From Octopus sinensis (taxonomy: Eukaryota): a stretch of 64,000 nt of DNA. The translations under genes and the position numbers were made by a program. This document shows, one piece after another, positions 39,517 through 51,830 of the stretch; within the stretch, counting starts at the first letter, position 1, and each line of letters begins with the position of its first letter. The stretch is taken from positions 57,908,001 to 57,972,000 of the forward strand of contig NC_043001.1 in the NCBI RefSeq assembly GCF_006345805.1, in the 5' to 3' direction. The notes under the pieces were generated by a model. It saw only the letters and a program-made list of their open reading frames with translations. It made no database searches and was not told where the DNA came from.

Positions 39517-42500
39517 GAAGTGGAAGAGAATACGCTCCAGCGTAATCAGACGGTAGGCTGGACAAAGTACAAAGTTCAAGTGATAGTAAATGGCGGACGC
39601 GATATACGCATTTGCTACCTCTGCCCGACCTTTCAGGGATAGTTTTCTCTCGGCTCATTTCTGGGTGAGAATTGCTCGTTACCTCGTCGCAAAATTTATC
39701 CCTTTGGAGGTCCTGATCGAACCATACCTCAATAAATTTAAACGGTCCATCCGTCCAGCGTCCAATGACACAGTTGGACAGCATGGTCACGCTTCTCCAG
39801 GTGGCGAGCTGTCCCTGAGAGTGGTGCGGATAATTTTTATGTGTTTATGATCGGGCACCACTACGGTAACAACGTCAGCACGTGCCGACACGCATTCCCC
39901 ACATCTTACGTCCCGCGGTATGCCTTTCAACGCCTCCAGTTTGTGGAGTATTGGCTCGAGATTCCGTACATACAAGATAGACGTGAGTGGGCACCATTGC
40001 CGGAACGAACATATAATGTTGAATGGTTCTAAGAAGTGAACTTTCATTCTGACCACGGAACACATATCGCTGTGTGTTATAACAATGCTGCCCCTAAATA
40101 TAGGCCCGTAGCTGGCTGCCTTGAAGTCCGCCGCCAGCTATAGATGGCTGAAGGTATTGAAAGATTTAGAGAGATCGATATCGATCTGGACCCAACCAGT
40201 GCTACGATCTTCAGCCGCTTTCTTAATGACGTATCGCGTGAGGTGGAGGTTGCCGTGGATGAATCAATTCGGCACAGAGCCCCGGCGACAAGCACTAACA
40301 TTGTAGCTAATACCTTGGTAAAATTTTTGAACTCTGCATCCAGCAGAGTTATAGGTCTAAAATTGTCAAAGTAATCCCCCCTATTCGAGTCTTTTCTCAG
40401 CAACCACTCCTCCGCAATCAAAACTGGGAATTCTCACATTCTGTTGCCAATTGCAGTAAACGTTAGCTAAGGGGTCGGCGAGCTAGTCTGTTAACGACAT
40501 TCCGCAGAGAGCCACGGCATCCCGTTAAGGTAGCAAGTGCAATCGATCCTGCGACCCGGCTCATCGTTACTTCCGAATTGTTGAGTGAAGCACGCTGAAA
40601 GGACGCACATATTTGTTCCGGATGAATTGTCATTTACACGTACTGTTCCGGCAAGGATCGGATCGTGGATTTGTTTCTACGTCATGCATCTGCAACTCGG
40701 GTCCGTTGAATGCCTTTCGTTCCATCGTGTCTAAGTGATCGTGCATTAGCACTGACAAAGCAACCTTCGTGTTTTGCTTTGAAGAATTGGTAGAGTGCCA
40801 ATTTCGATGCGAGAACGTCGGTTGTGATGCCTTTTCTAAAATGCTCGTCAAAATTCTTGACTATCTTTGTCTCGTTCTACTGCTAGTCCTTTGCTAAGCC
40901 TTATCGATTCTATTCTTGTCGCCCATTTCAGGGTGAACTACCACTAATTCTTGATTATTTTCTTCGTCAAAGCCCTCTTAAGCAGTTCACTAATCCCGTC
41001 TCTGAAATATCTACCCAGTGGCAACGACGTGTTCAGCTTCCAGTAACTGGGTCCCTGTGTATGAAGCTTAAGTTGATTGCACAGATGACGAATTTGTGGT
41101 CTGTGTAGTCGACTACTTTAAACAATGGACAACCTATTACTCTACAGAATACTCTATCTAGATACGATCTAGATGCCCCGATGCGTTTTCACCAGGTCCA
41201 CATTAGCACATTAGGGAAATTCATTCGATACCTGTATGAACCGTCTGAGCAGTTTTGCGAGGCTTTTGCAACTTCCTCCCCTAAGAGCTAAAATAAACAA
41301 TCCCACCTTACATCGAAAACTCCGTCCAAAACACCAACAAACACTAAAGAGTGGGACGTATCCAGGAAAATTTCCAGGTGTCTGAAGAAATCTAGTCTTC
41401 CTGCCCCAGTCTGGGCATAGACGACAACTCTCCTGAAAGTGTGTCTTTCGCTGCTTGTCATGTTCAGCACTACCGTCTTACCTTCCGTTCCTGGACGACA
41501 TATAGATTAGTACTCATCATAGTCACCAAAAATGTGTTGGAAGAGACCCGTGTGTGGGAAATTCTGGTTTCACAAATAGTTACCACATCGACATTCAGTG
41601 GCCTTTGGCCATTAAATAGGTGATACCAAATTGACCAAATAGGTGATTCCAAATTGACCACATGCCACGTACATTAACGCTGCCTATTCTGTGCACGGCC
41701 ATGTTGTCCGGAAAATAAAATAAAATTCTGAGAAAACTTACCCGGTTTTATTGGGGGGGGGGGGGCAGACTGTCCGTCCCACTTGTTGGCTTCATGTGTT
41801 TCCAGCAGCAAATCACCAAGAATTCTCATGGTGATAATCACTTGAAAATATCCGATTTCCTGAGGGTACTAGATTTTTAAGTGTTTGTATCTGTTTTGTG
41901 TTTTTTGAACGATTTTTATGTGCGCAGGTAGGGAGATTGTGGTGTGACAAAATCTGCTGTTATGTTTGTGTGTGTTATGTACTTCATCGAGTCATTGCTT
42001 TTTGTGTTTGCCGTGTAGTTTGCAATGCTAATATCTTTAATTTGTGTTTTTATGTCGTTGCTGTTGTTGTGGTTGTTTTTGTTATAGTGGTTGTCGTTGT
42101 GGCGGTTATGAGTGTGGAATGGCTTGTGTTTCAGGTGTTAGAGGTGGTGGTGGCGATGCAGTGTTTGTTTTGTTCGTTTTATTTTCTTCTCTCTATTTCT
42201 TGTGTGAATGAAGATTGTCGTTGTATGTCCATATATTTGTTCTTTCTACATCTTTTCCATTTTTTAAAACTTCCACTCCTTACCAGGGTCCGACTCTTCA
42301 CCTGTGGAATCCACCCGCTCGGCGTCGGTAACTGGAACATCTTCTGGCGCAGAGAAGTGTTTGGTGGAACTCGGTGTCAGTACGGTTGCTGGTGTTGGTG
42401 CTGCCACGGCTGAACCTGGTGGTGGTGATGGTGCTGCCGCTGTTGTCAGTCAAGTTCTGGTGGTTGTTGTTGGTCTCAGCAAACATGATCAGATGTCTCT

Positions 42501-42688
42501 CTTTTTCGTTTGATCTGTCCCCCAAAGCTGGAAAACGAAACAGGAAAATATACTCACTGCTCGACAGCAATTAATCTGTTGCCCACGATGGTACAAACAA
42601 GAGTACAAATACAAGATTTATGTGTTCTTCTTTACAAAACCCACGAAGCGATGTCTAGCGAGCCTTGGCAGGCTGACGTCCGTGTTGA
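39517..42688 (-). mobile_element. decayed L1/Tx1-like LINE (partial ORF1, APE endonuclease, RT), 3' end missing
   Basis: LNVDVVTICETRI, TFRRVVVYA, YLDR (APE); DNFRPITLLDAEFK, IDLSKSF, FRQWCPLTSILYV..LEP, SARADVVTV (RT). Confidence 0.85.
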
Positions 42689-42689
42689 C

Positions 42690-42730
<41 letters not shown>

Positions 42731-42786
42731 CAGTAATAATAATGATAATAATGATGATAACAACAACAACAACACATATAATAATG

Positions 42787-42835
<49 letters not shown>

Positions 42836-42879
42836 TAATAATAATAATATAATAATAATATAATAATATAATGATGATG

Positions 42880-42934
<55 letters not shown>

Positions 42935-42960
42935 TAATAATAATAAAAAGAAGAAGAAGA
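42689..42960. repeat. (GAT)n/(AAT)n/(GAA)n compound microsatellite
   Basis: direct reading. Confidence 0.95.
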
Positions 42961-43730
42961 AGACGATTTTCCAAGGAGATTGCTTATCTCCATTAAATTT
43001 TATTCTCTGCATGATCCCTCTGATTTTGGTACTTAGGAAAATGAATATGTGATATCAGTTAAGGGAAAATCTCAAACAATCATCTATCTCCTATTCATGG
43101 TTGATTTATAGCTGTATGGCAAGGATGAGGCTCAAACGATTTCACTGTTTTATTGCTGAATGGAATTAGAGTGGAATTCAGACTGAAGGCATATAGTATA
43201 TTGTACCTAAAATGTAGCAAGGTACAGTCCATAGCAGGGATAAAATTACCTAATACAGAACTAATTAAGTAAGGCTACAAATACCCTGGCAGACTAGAGT
43301 TCAACGAAAACATGGTGAAGGAAATGAAAGAATTGAGGGTGGAATATATCCGAACACTATGATTGGTGTTGCGCTCAAAATTGACCGGATGGAATAGGAA
43401 CTGGAATCATAAACTGGCAAAAGAATGAACTAATGAATATTGATATGAAGATCGGGAAAATATTTACAGTGCACTGAGCCTTCCACCCTAAGAGTGACAC
43501 TGATCGACTGTGCTTGTCCTGAAGATACGGGAGAGGGAAGAAGTTTGAACGATTGCCAGATCTGTATCCAAGCAGAGGAAAAGTGTGGTATGTAAAAATG
43601 CAGTCGAAACCTGAAGAAATCCGGTGTCACGGATAACTGTGTAGGGAATGAAAAAAATTAGAGGAAAGAAACGCAAAAACCAGAAACAGCATGGACTGTA
43701 CGGTTTCGATCTATTTGTGTTCATCCAGAG
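42961..43730 (+). mobile_element. R4/Dong-like RT core fragment
   Basis: IFQGDCLSPLNF, LLFMVDL*LYGK, YKYPG; starts directly after the (AAT)n/(GAA)n tract. Confidence 0.8.
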
Positions 43731-44569
43731 TAGTGGACATCCGCCCGCTAAAAATAGCAGTAAGTCGTTCTAGCTCGCAATATATAGAAAGGTAAGTGAA
43801 AACTTTTCACTGATCTTGCAACAGGCAAATTAGGCAGTTAGAAGATCCTTATGAAATGAAAGTAGTGACTATACTGAGAAGTAATGTTTATCGTCACTTC
43901 AATATGGATGTTCCAAAGGAAGCGGTCTGGTGCTCACGGCGTCTGCTAGAAGATGATAGGTGCTTGCTAGCCTGCATACAATATATAACAGGTACAGATT
44001 GCATCGATAACCAGCAGGATGAGGCTCCTCTTGGGGTTAAAATGGTAGTAACGTCAGTTCGTAAGGAGCAACCACATTGAAGTGAAAATAAACTTTACTT
44101 CACAGTATAGTTACTACTTTCATCTCTTATAGATACTTTCTAACTGGCTACTTTGCTTATTGCGAGATAAATATTACTTATAGGAAAGAGCATAGATATC
44201 TCAAATCCTACCTATCATTGAATAGGTAACGGTGTGGATTAGTATGTACATCAGATGAGCCAGTGAGTGAGAAACCACCCCAGAGAATCGTATGTGAAAT
44301 AATACGGCTGTGTTGCACCAAACGAAGCCATAAATACTATTGGGTCTTACCAATGGTAATGTATTTTTTGTAGAAATATTCCTATATGAAAAGCTTAACC
44401 TTCCATTATACCTCAAAATATACCTAAGGATAAGTGTTTCAGCACACTGAGAATTCATCTAATCTAACTAGTAAACCGCAGAAATATTTAAGCCTTTGTA
44501 CCTTCCATCGTGTGAAGTCTTTTGTTTTCATTTCTCTTTTCTATCTCTCTCCTCACTCTCTCTGTATAC

Positions 44570-44646
44570 ATACATACATGCATGCATACATACATACCTA
44601 CATATGTATATATGCATACATATGTATATAAGTATACGTATATATA

Positions 44647-44713
<67 letters not shown>

Positions 44714-44780
44714 ATTTATATATATATTTATATGCACGCACACACTCTCACATATATACAAACACACGCACATACATATA
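44570..44780. repeat. TA/CA microsatellite mosaic
   Basis: direct reading. Confidence 0.9.
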
Positions 44781-45043
44781 GAGTATTTTCAAATACAGAA
44801 AATGCTTCACTGATGGGATAAATATAAGCAAGCCACAAGAGTTATATTTACAGCGTTGATTGATGTTTCAAGACTTAGTATTGATCTGTGAGATCGCTTA
44901 GGCCGGCTGTGATGATTTATGCACTAACTATGGGGAGTGCGGCTTCCAACACAAACTGTTTTTTCTATCAATCTTTCAGTCTTCTTTTTTTGTGGTTGTA
45001 TTTTTGTACTTCTTTCGAATTGTATATCTTTGTTTTCGTCTTC

Positions 45044-45082
<39 letters not shown>

Positions 45083-45573
45083 CCTAGCAAATTCTCTTTA
45101 TTTTCATTCCTGCAGGAATTATAGCATTATCTTTTTGTTATTTATTATTTATTGGAAAAGAAAAAGAATTGATATAAAATATTTGAAGAAAGGCAATAGC
45201 AAATAAAATTATCTAGAACATCAACAACCACAACAGTGATGCCAGGAACTAAAACGGAATGGACTACAACACATCAACAAGAAAATATTTTAAACACTCT
45301 AACGTTGACATGTACACATGGAGAATTTCAAACATTGAATAACTGCGATTCAAAGTAAAATGCAACAATCATTCATCCAATTTAAAACTATGATGCTTCC
45401 ATATTCTTATTTTATGACTGTAAATACCAAACACTTGTAGGAACATGTTTACAAATTTACAGAATGCCTGATTAAGCATTCATGCTGCAAATGTATTATT
45501 ACGCTGCAATCAAGCATTAATGAAAAATAATTGTAATTCTTATAGAATGTTGATGCTGATTGTTAGTACTGTT

Positions 45574-45622
<49 letters not shown>

Positions 45623-45881
45623 CCACCGTTATTGTCCTTATATTCATCGCCGTCATTATCTTCTTTTTCTTCATCCTTTCCTTTCCTTCTTCATCTACTT
45701 CATCTTTTGTTTCTTGTCCTCCTTCTGCTCCACTTCATCTTTCTCCCACTCCTTGCCTGCTTTGCTTACCTGCATTCCTTTTTCAATTCCTTCCTCCACT
45801 TTCTCTCCGCTACTACTATTACTTCTACTACCACCACCACCACCGCCAGCGCCGTCACCACTACCGATACAACAACAACTG

Positions 45882-45946
<65 letters not shown>
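45574..45946. repeat. (CAT)n, degenerate (CTT)n and (ACT)n triplet tracts
   Basis: direct reading. Confidence 0.9.
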
Positions 45947-45947
<1 letters not shown>

Positions 45948-46407
45948 TTAATTATCGTTTTACTTTCTTTCATCTACTTATCATATTCCTTCCTTTCTCT
46001 TCCTTTCTCTGCTACTTCTGTTTTTCTTCTTTTCAGTGTCATATTTTATGTCTCTTTTGGAGCAATCGTAGGATTAAAAGCGTTTGCTCCGTAGCCATCC
46101 AGTTTCTATCTAGCTGGAACCTTTCTTCATATCATGATAAACTTGCGTTCTGTTAGCACCAAATTATGGGTAACGATTTTACTTTAAAATATGAACCAGT
46201 CATATTATTCTAAGCAACGTTCATTGATTTATTCCAAAATCATATTTCAACCAAAGCTAGGGAGTCAGTCAGAACTAAACAATCTCGCGTGAAAAGAATT
46301 TGCGAAACTTTCTGAATGATATCAATAACCATAACTGTAATGAATAGAATATAATTTCATCAATAACCACAGCCTTTTGTCAAAGAAACAATTGTATCAA
46401 CCCACAG

Positions 46408-46640
46408 GCGAGTTGAAATGAATAGAAGTCACACTTTTAGCATTCAACCAGAAACAGCAAAAGTTAAACTACAGGCCACTCTGATTCTTTCAAGTTGTTA
46501 GCTTCAAACGTTTTTGAACAACATTATTGTATCTGCCATTCATCAGTTTTCTCAGGGTAATGTTCCAAAACTGATTTTTTTAATGATCTCGCAATGCATG
46601 CATTTAAATATTAGTTTTCATTTGAATGACCTTTAGCCAA
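46408..46640 (+). pseudogene. possible decayed cadherin-repeat segment
   Basis: HTFSIQPETAKVKLQATL...C*...NIIVSA...GNVPKL...LNISFHLNDL*PNY resembles FxIxPxTGxI..L, VxA.DxG.P.L and NDNxPxF motifs; in-frame stops. Confidence 0.25.
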
Positions 46641-48587
46641 ATTACAAAACTATACATAAATTAATACAACTTTCATTAGGAAACAAAAGTTTTAATGAAA
46701 GATACTGAATTATATTTGTGTCTATATCTTTATAACGTAAATATTAGTTATATCAATAACTTCAATTACAATAAATTTATAACGAATGAGTAATTCATTT
46801 TTCCTAAACTTTTTCATTAAATTATGATAGCTAAATGGAATTGGTAATTCTATCACTAAGTCTAATTGCATTAAATAAACAAGAGTTTCTTTCCAAATAA
46901 TAGTTTGAGAGGGCAAAGAAGGATTTTGCTTGCCTTTGTTTTGTCAATTACTTGTCCTTTATTTACCACATAAATCCGAAAAGTAGAGACTATTTCTTAC
47001 TTTTACTTCGTTTCATTTATCTGGCGATGTTTAAACTTTGAATGCGCTGTAATTATCTTGCCAATCTGGTCATATATAGAAAGTTTACAATCACAAGTAA
47101 GGATACAATAGTCGTAACCAGCCAATGGGAAAGCATTTAAATTCACCAAAATGAGCAAGAAGTAGTAGTCACATTTCCCTCAAATTACGCAATACAGTTT
47201 TAGTGGAGGTGTCCCTTGAATATGAGTGTGTTGACCACAAATTTAACTGCTTCTATTGGCATGTGAGCTGCTAGCACTTCATTTGATATGAATTTAATGA
47301 TTTCATGGGAGGATATATAGATTCCTCCCCTCTTTAGTTCCATTGTAATATTATATATGAAATTAGCCAGTATATGCCGTATTACACGTAAAGGTTTGAA
47401 AATCTGATATCTGTTCTCAAACGTTCTTTCTTTTAACGTATAGATATGTTAAATATGAATGGAAAATAGGCACTACACGAATAGGCTTAACAATTATCTT
47501 TACAGATCCAGTTTAGAATTATGACAATATGAGAAATATATGTTCTAACTGGCAGAATCGATATAGTTTAAGTTTAATAAGAAGCAAAAAATGCTCCATT
47601 TTACTTTCTTTATGCAAATACCAAATGTTCGATATAAGCTGAGGCATAGGTTAGGATACATAACAGAGATGAATTCGGAGTACATGCACACTAAATTGCT
47701 ATTGCGAGAATGTGTGCATCACGCACGTGTATGAGTTGCTCTTTGGAGTTTTGGTTAGAAAAATATCTACAGGTGTTCGCTTTAAAGATCGTAAAATTAG
47801 GAAATATTATGGATTTGTACATAACAATATTCTTGTTTATTGATCTCATACGAGAACAGGGAGGATCTATATTATTATACGTGAATTCAATATCCTAAAA
47901 ATACAAATGATATACACTAAGAAGATGATATCACCCTGCTTTGATGAATAACATTTTATTTTTTGTTGCACAATGAGATCTGAAATTCTCCTAATACATT
48001 GTTTAAGCTTAGGTAATATCAATCTTCAGCGACATTTTCAGCATTATTAACACTTTTGAGGAAGTCGTTAAAAGAATTCGAGACAATTGTTCGTATTCTG
48101 GAGCAAGGAATAAAAGTATCTAAGATTATTTCCTTTTGACAGATAAGATAACGACCTGTGACTATACTCTCACTCCAGGCTTCAGAAGAAAGTGAATATT
48201 TTCAATATATTAATAAATTCTGTAAACATCCTGTTTTGACAAATGCTAGACGAGTCTCTCAATTAGAGTGTTTCTGTTGAGTAAATGACATGTTTACTAA
48301 AAAACAAATTTTAATAATGAAAGGAAAGTTGTCTCAGCAAATATGCTGTGAGGAAGCAAAGGAGAAAGACAAATATGAAGTGTAAAGTCTGATAAACAGA
48401 TGGCAGCTAAGGGCAATGAAACCGGCAATAATTATTTTTAAAACGCACAATTTACAAGTAAGCAACTCTTGGTTTCCAAAAGACAGACCAGGATATATTT
48501 GACCATATTGCTGCTTTTGTATTAGTAGCAGCAGTAGTTGCAGTCGCAACAGTAGTTGCAGTAGTGGCTGTATCAGCAGCAGGTTCT

Positions 48588-48637
48588 TCTTCTTCTTCTT
48601 CTTCTTCTTCTTCTTCTTCTTCTTTTTCTTATTATTA

Positions 48638-48710
<73 letters not shown>

Positions 48711-48712
48711 TA
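48588..48712. repeat. (CTT)n(ATT)n microsatellite
   Basis: direct reading. Confidence 0.95.
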
Positions 48713-48714
48713 TA

Positions 48715-48935
48715 GGATTGAGGTTATTCCTCCAGGAAATATAGAAGCAAAAATAGAAGAGTGTCATTGTTATCGAGTGAACCTCAGTCCTATAAATATT
48801 ACCTAAATGAAGTAGATCGAAAAGTTTATTTTTTAAACCTATGGAAGACACGAGATGTTGAAATATCATTCACTTGATAACAATGGCATTCTTCTATTTT
48901 TGCTTCTATATTACCTGGAGGAGTAACCTCAATCC
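48715..48935. mobile_element. 221-bp MITE-like element with 67-bp TIRs
   Basis: 48715-48781 vs 48869-48935 inverted, 5 mismatches; (ATT)n on both sides. Confidence 0.85.
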
Positions 48936-48952
48936 AATTATTATTATTATTA

Positions 48953-48984
<32 letters not shown>

Positions 48985-49014
48985 TATTATTATTATTATT
49001 ATTATTATCATTAA

Positions 49015-49050
49015 GTCGAAGAGCTGGCAGAATCGTTAGTACGCTGGACG
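49015..49050 (+). mobile_element. SINE head fragment
   Basis: GAGCTGGCAGAATCGTTAGTACGCTGGACG. Confidence 0.55.
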
Positions 49051-49098
49051 GGATACTTACACTATACATTTTTATTAAACATACAATTTCCTTCTTAC

Positions 49099-49234
49099 CT
49101 GCGTTTTGTTTGCTAATCTCACTCGTCATGGCAATCTTGCTATTTTCGTATACAAGGTCACCATCTTCATGAACAAACATATCCAATAAATTTATCTCGC
49201 ACTCTCGCGGCCAAGTTTTCCCCAGTCTGTAGAC
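49099..49234 (-). CDS. candidate internal exon, unknown product
   Basis: TTTCAACTATTGTAG acceptor, open frame VYRLGKTWPRECEINLLDMFVHEDGDLVYENSKIAMTSEISKQNA, donor CAG/GTAAGA. Confidence 0.35.
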
Positions 49235-50737
49235 CTACAATAGTTGAAACTAAATACTATATTACCTTCCACTAATTACCTTTTTCCTGCCTCAGATTAC
49301 CAGTTGAAAAATTTATGGAATGCACTCATCAACCTGAGTCTCGTAGATAAACGGGATGTCATTGAATATGAGTCTTGCAGGGCTTTAGTCCTTCTCCTTA
49401 ATTATCCATAACTTCTCCACTGATTATCACGCTTTTATATCAAATTTACGACAGAATATTTCGAACTGAAATAATATATCAATTTGACCTTTTGCAAATG
49501 AGTTTATACACAACTTTTAAAAATAGTCAATATCAATATCAGAAAGCAGCATTAGTCAGTTAAATTAACAACGTTGAAATTTTATCCACTGAACAAGATT
49601 GAATTCAGTTAATTATCTGGCTCCCAAACATGTTCAACTGTCCTAACCTTAGCCCATTCAGTTCATTGGAATGTTTTGACATTTGGCCTTCCTTGTCTGA
49701 CCTAAAATGGCACTCAATTAACTAGTATCTTAGTTAAAAACTCATATCATTGATTTTAAAATATAAATTGTAAATAACTCTATCGTAATTATATCTGATG
49801 AAATTTTTCTTAAATTATTCCGTGTTTCTGATTCAAAGAGATCGGCTTACATTTCTATAGGAGGAAGCTAAAACACACGAGATAGTTATTAAATACACTT
49901 TTCCTCTAGAAAATACAATGCGATACTTTTGACAGTTTAGCTGGAATGTTTTTCATAAAAAATTTGCATTCTTAACCTTATTTTTGACTTGGGCCAATCT
50001 AATTGGTCCATGTCAGAAACAATAATAATATTGATCACCGACATTAGAGATCTTGATAGAATCTTCAATAATTTTATTTTTCTTAATTGAAATTATCATT
50101 ATTTTCTTTCTATTGCTGATTATTTGGTTTAATTTTCATTTTGATAAATTAGTCGCAATAAAACAATCAATCAATTAGAATGCAATTAAGAAATACTGTT
50201 AAAGTTTCTTCCTGACATTAGCAAAGGCTATCCAGCAAAGTATAAGATATTTCAGCTATGCATGATTATTCAATATTGGCTGTATAAATAACTTTGCAAA
50301 TGGTCATTTAATTAAATGACTGGTGGTTACATTAAAACTCATTATGGTAGAGATATGAAGCTAAAATCACCACTCCAGTTTTAACGTCTCTTAAACACAG
50401 TGGAAGGGGAAACTGATTCATTCGAAATTTGTTTAAATAGTTGAATGTTTTTCTTTTATAGCAATGCAACACGTATTGGCAATTCTATCCTCTCTCCTGG
50501 CTTCAAATGCTAATGTATTTCAGAATATACTCTTATTTTATTTACGATTGTTTGCGATACATCTTATTATTATATATTGAATGTGATCATTGTACTAATG
50601 GTAGTAGTTTAAAATGCTTCAAGTAAATTCGTTATTTTAAGTTATTTGTTTCCTCGTAAACTATTGTCTGTATGTTGCGAAAGTGCGAATGTTTTGGGCA
50701 TTTGGAAAATTATATATCTGGAAGGAATATGAGCCGC

Positions 50738-50950
50738 AAGATGGCAGACTCATTAGCGCACTGAGCAAATATATAATATGGCATTTCATCTGGCACTTTA
50801 TGCGCCGAATTCAAGTCGCGCAGAGGTCTAATGTTTCATTCACCATTTCAGGTTTGGTGAAATAAAGTACTAGTTGCGTATTGTCATCGATGTAATCGAT
50901 TTCCCCACCCCTCAAATATTTGCTGCTCCGGTGCTAAAATAAAAAAAAAT
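50738..50950 (+). mobile_element. tRNA-derived SINE, near full length
   Basis: ATGGCAGACTCATTAGCGCACTGAGCAAA...GAATTCAAGTC...TCGATGTAATCGA. Confidence 0.7.
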
Positions 50951-50954
50951 TCTT

Positions 50955-51042
<88 letters not shown>

Positions 51043-51044
<2 letters not shown>

Positions 51045-51600
51045 GAGTGAGAGAGCAGTTCATGCCATCAAAGTGACACTGGGGTAAAATATACGAAGCC
51101 CAATATACCCATCATGACTACCCGTCTGATAAAGGTACACCAGGCACATGCATCACAACCATATGTGCGCGACATGGTGATCTCATATCAAGATAAACAG
51201 CATATGACCTTGCAGGTGGGGCCCAGTTAGAATTTTCTTCAGGTTGAGTAGCCCATCCCGCTGCAAAAGGTCCCTGAATAAGGATTGTTTAAGGATGTTG
51301 AAAGAACCACCCGTGTTTCCAGAGGTGAATTATTCAAACCCCAAAGAATCCCTCTCAACACATGGCTATGATGCTCCCCCACTACTTCTGCTCGTGATCA
51401 GAGATGCACATATCGTCAGCCACTAAGGGACATGCTCAACTGGTTAAGGTCAAACAACTGACAAGCAAATCTGTGGTATTGAGCAGAATATTTGCTGTAG
51501 CCCATCTTTTATACCAAGACAAAACAATGTACATGATAACACTTCCAATCAATTAAGATCAGAAGCCATGAGAGCCACTGCCTGGTACTGCATCAGGGCA
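51043..51600 (-). mobile_element. ~560-bp non-coding SINE-like retroposon flanked by (AAT)n
   Basis: longer homolog of 25201-25535; (CTT)n(ATT)n at 50951-51042. Confidence 0.8.
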
Positions 51601-51639
51601 TTATTATTATTATTGTTATTATCATTATTAATATTATAG

Positions 51640-51830
51640 CAAAATTTTAGCTCGCCGGGCAAAATGCTTAGCGGCTTTTCTTTATCTTTACGTACTGAGT
51701 CTTTGCCTTCATCCATTTCCGGGATCGATATATTAAGTACGAGTGAAAGACGAGTCAATATATTCGACCGGACCCTCTCACAAAATTCCAGGCCTTATGC
51801 CTTTAGTAGGAAAGATTATTAATATTATTG
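51640..51830 (+). mobile_element. tRNA-derived SINE copy
   Basis: CGCCGGGCAAAATGCTTAGCGG...CTTTACGTACTGAGT; same family as 30430. Confidence 0.7.
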
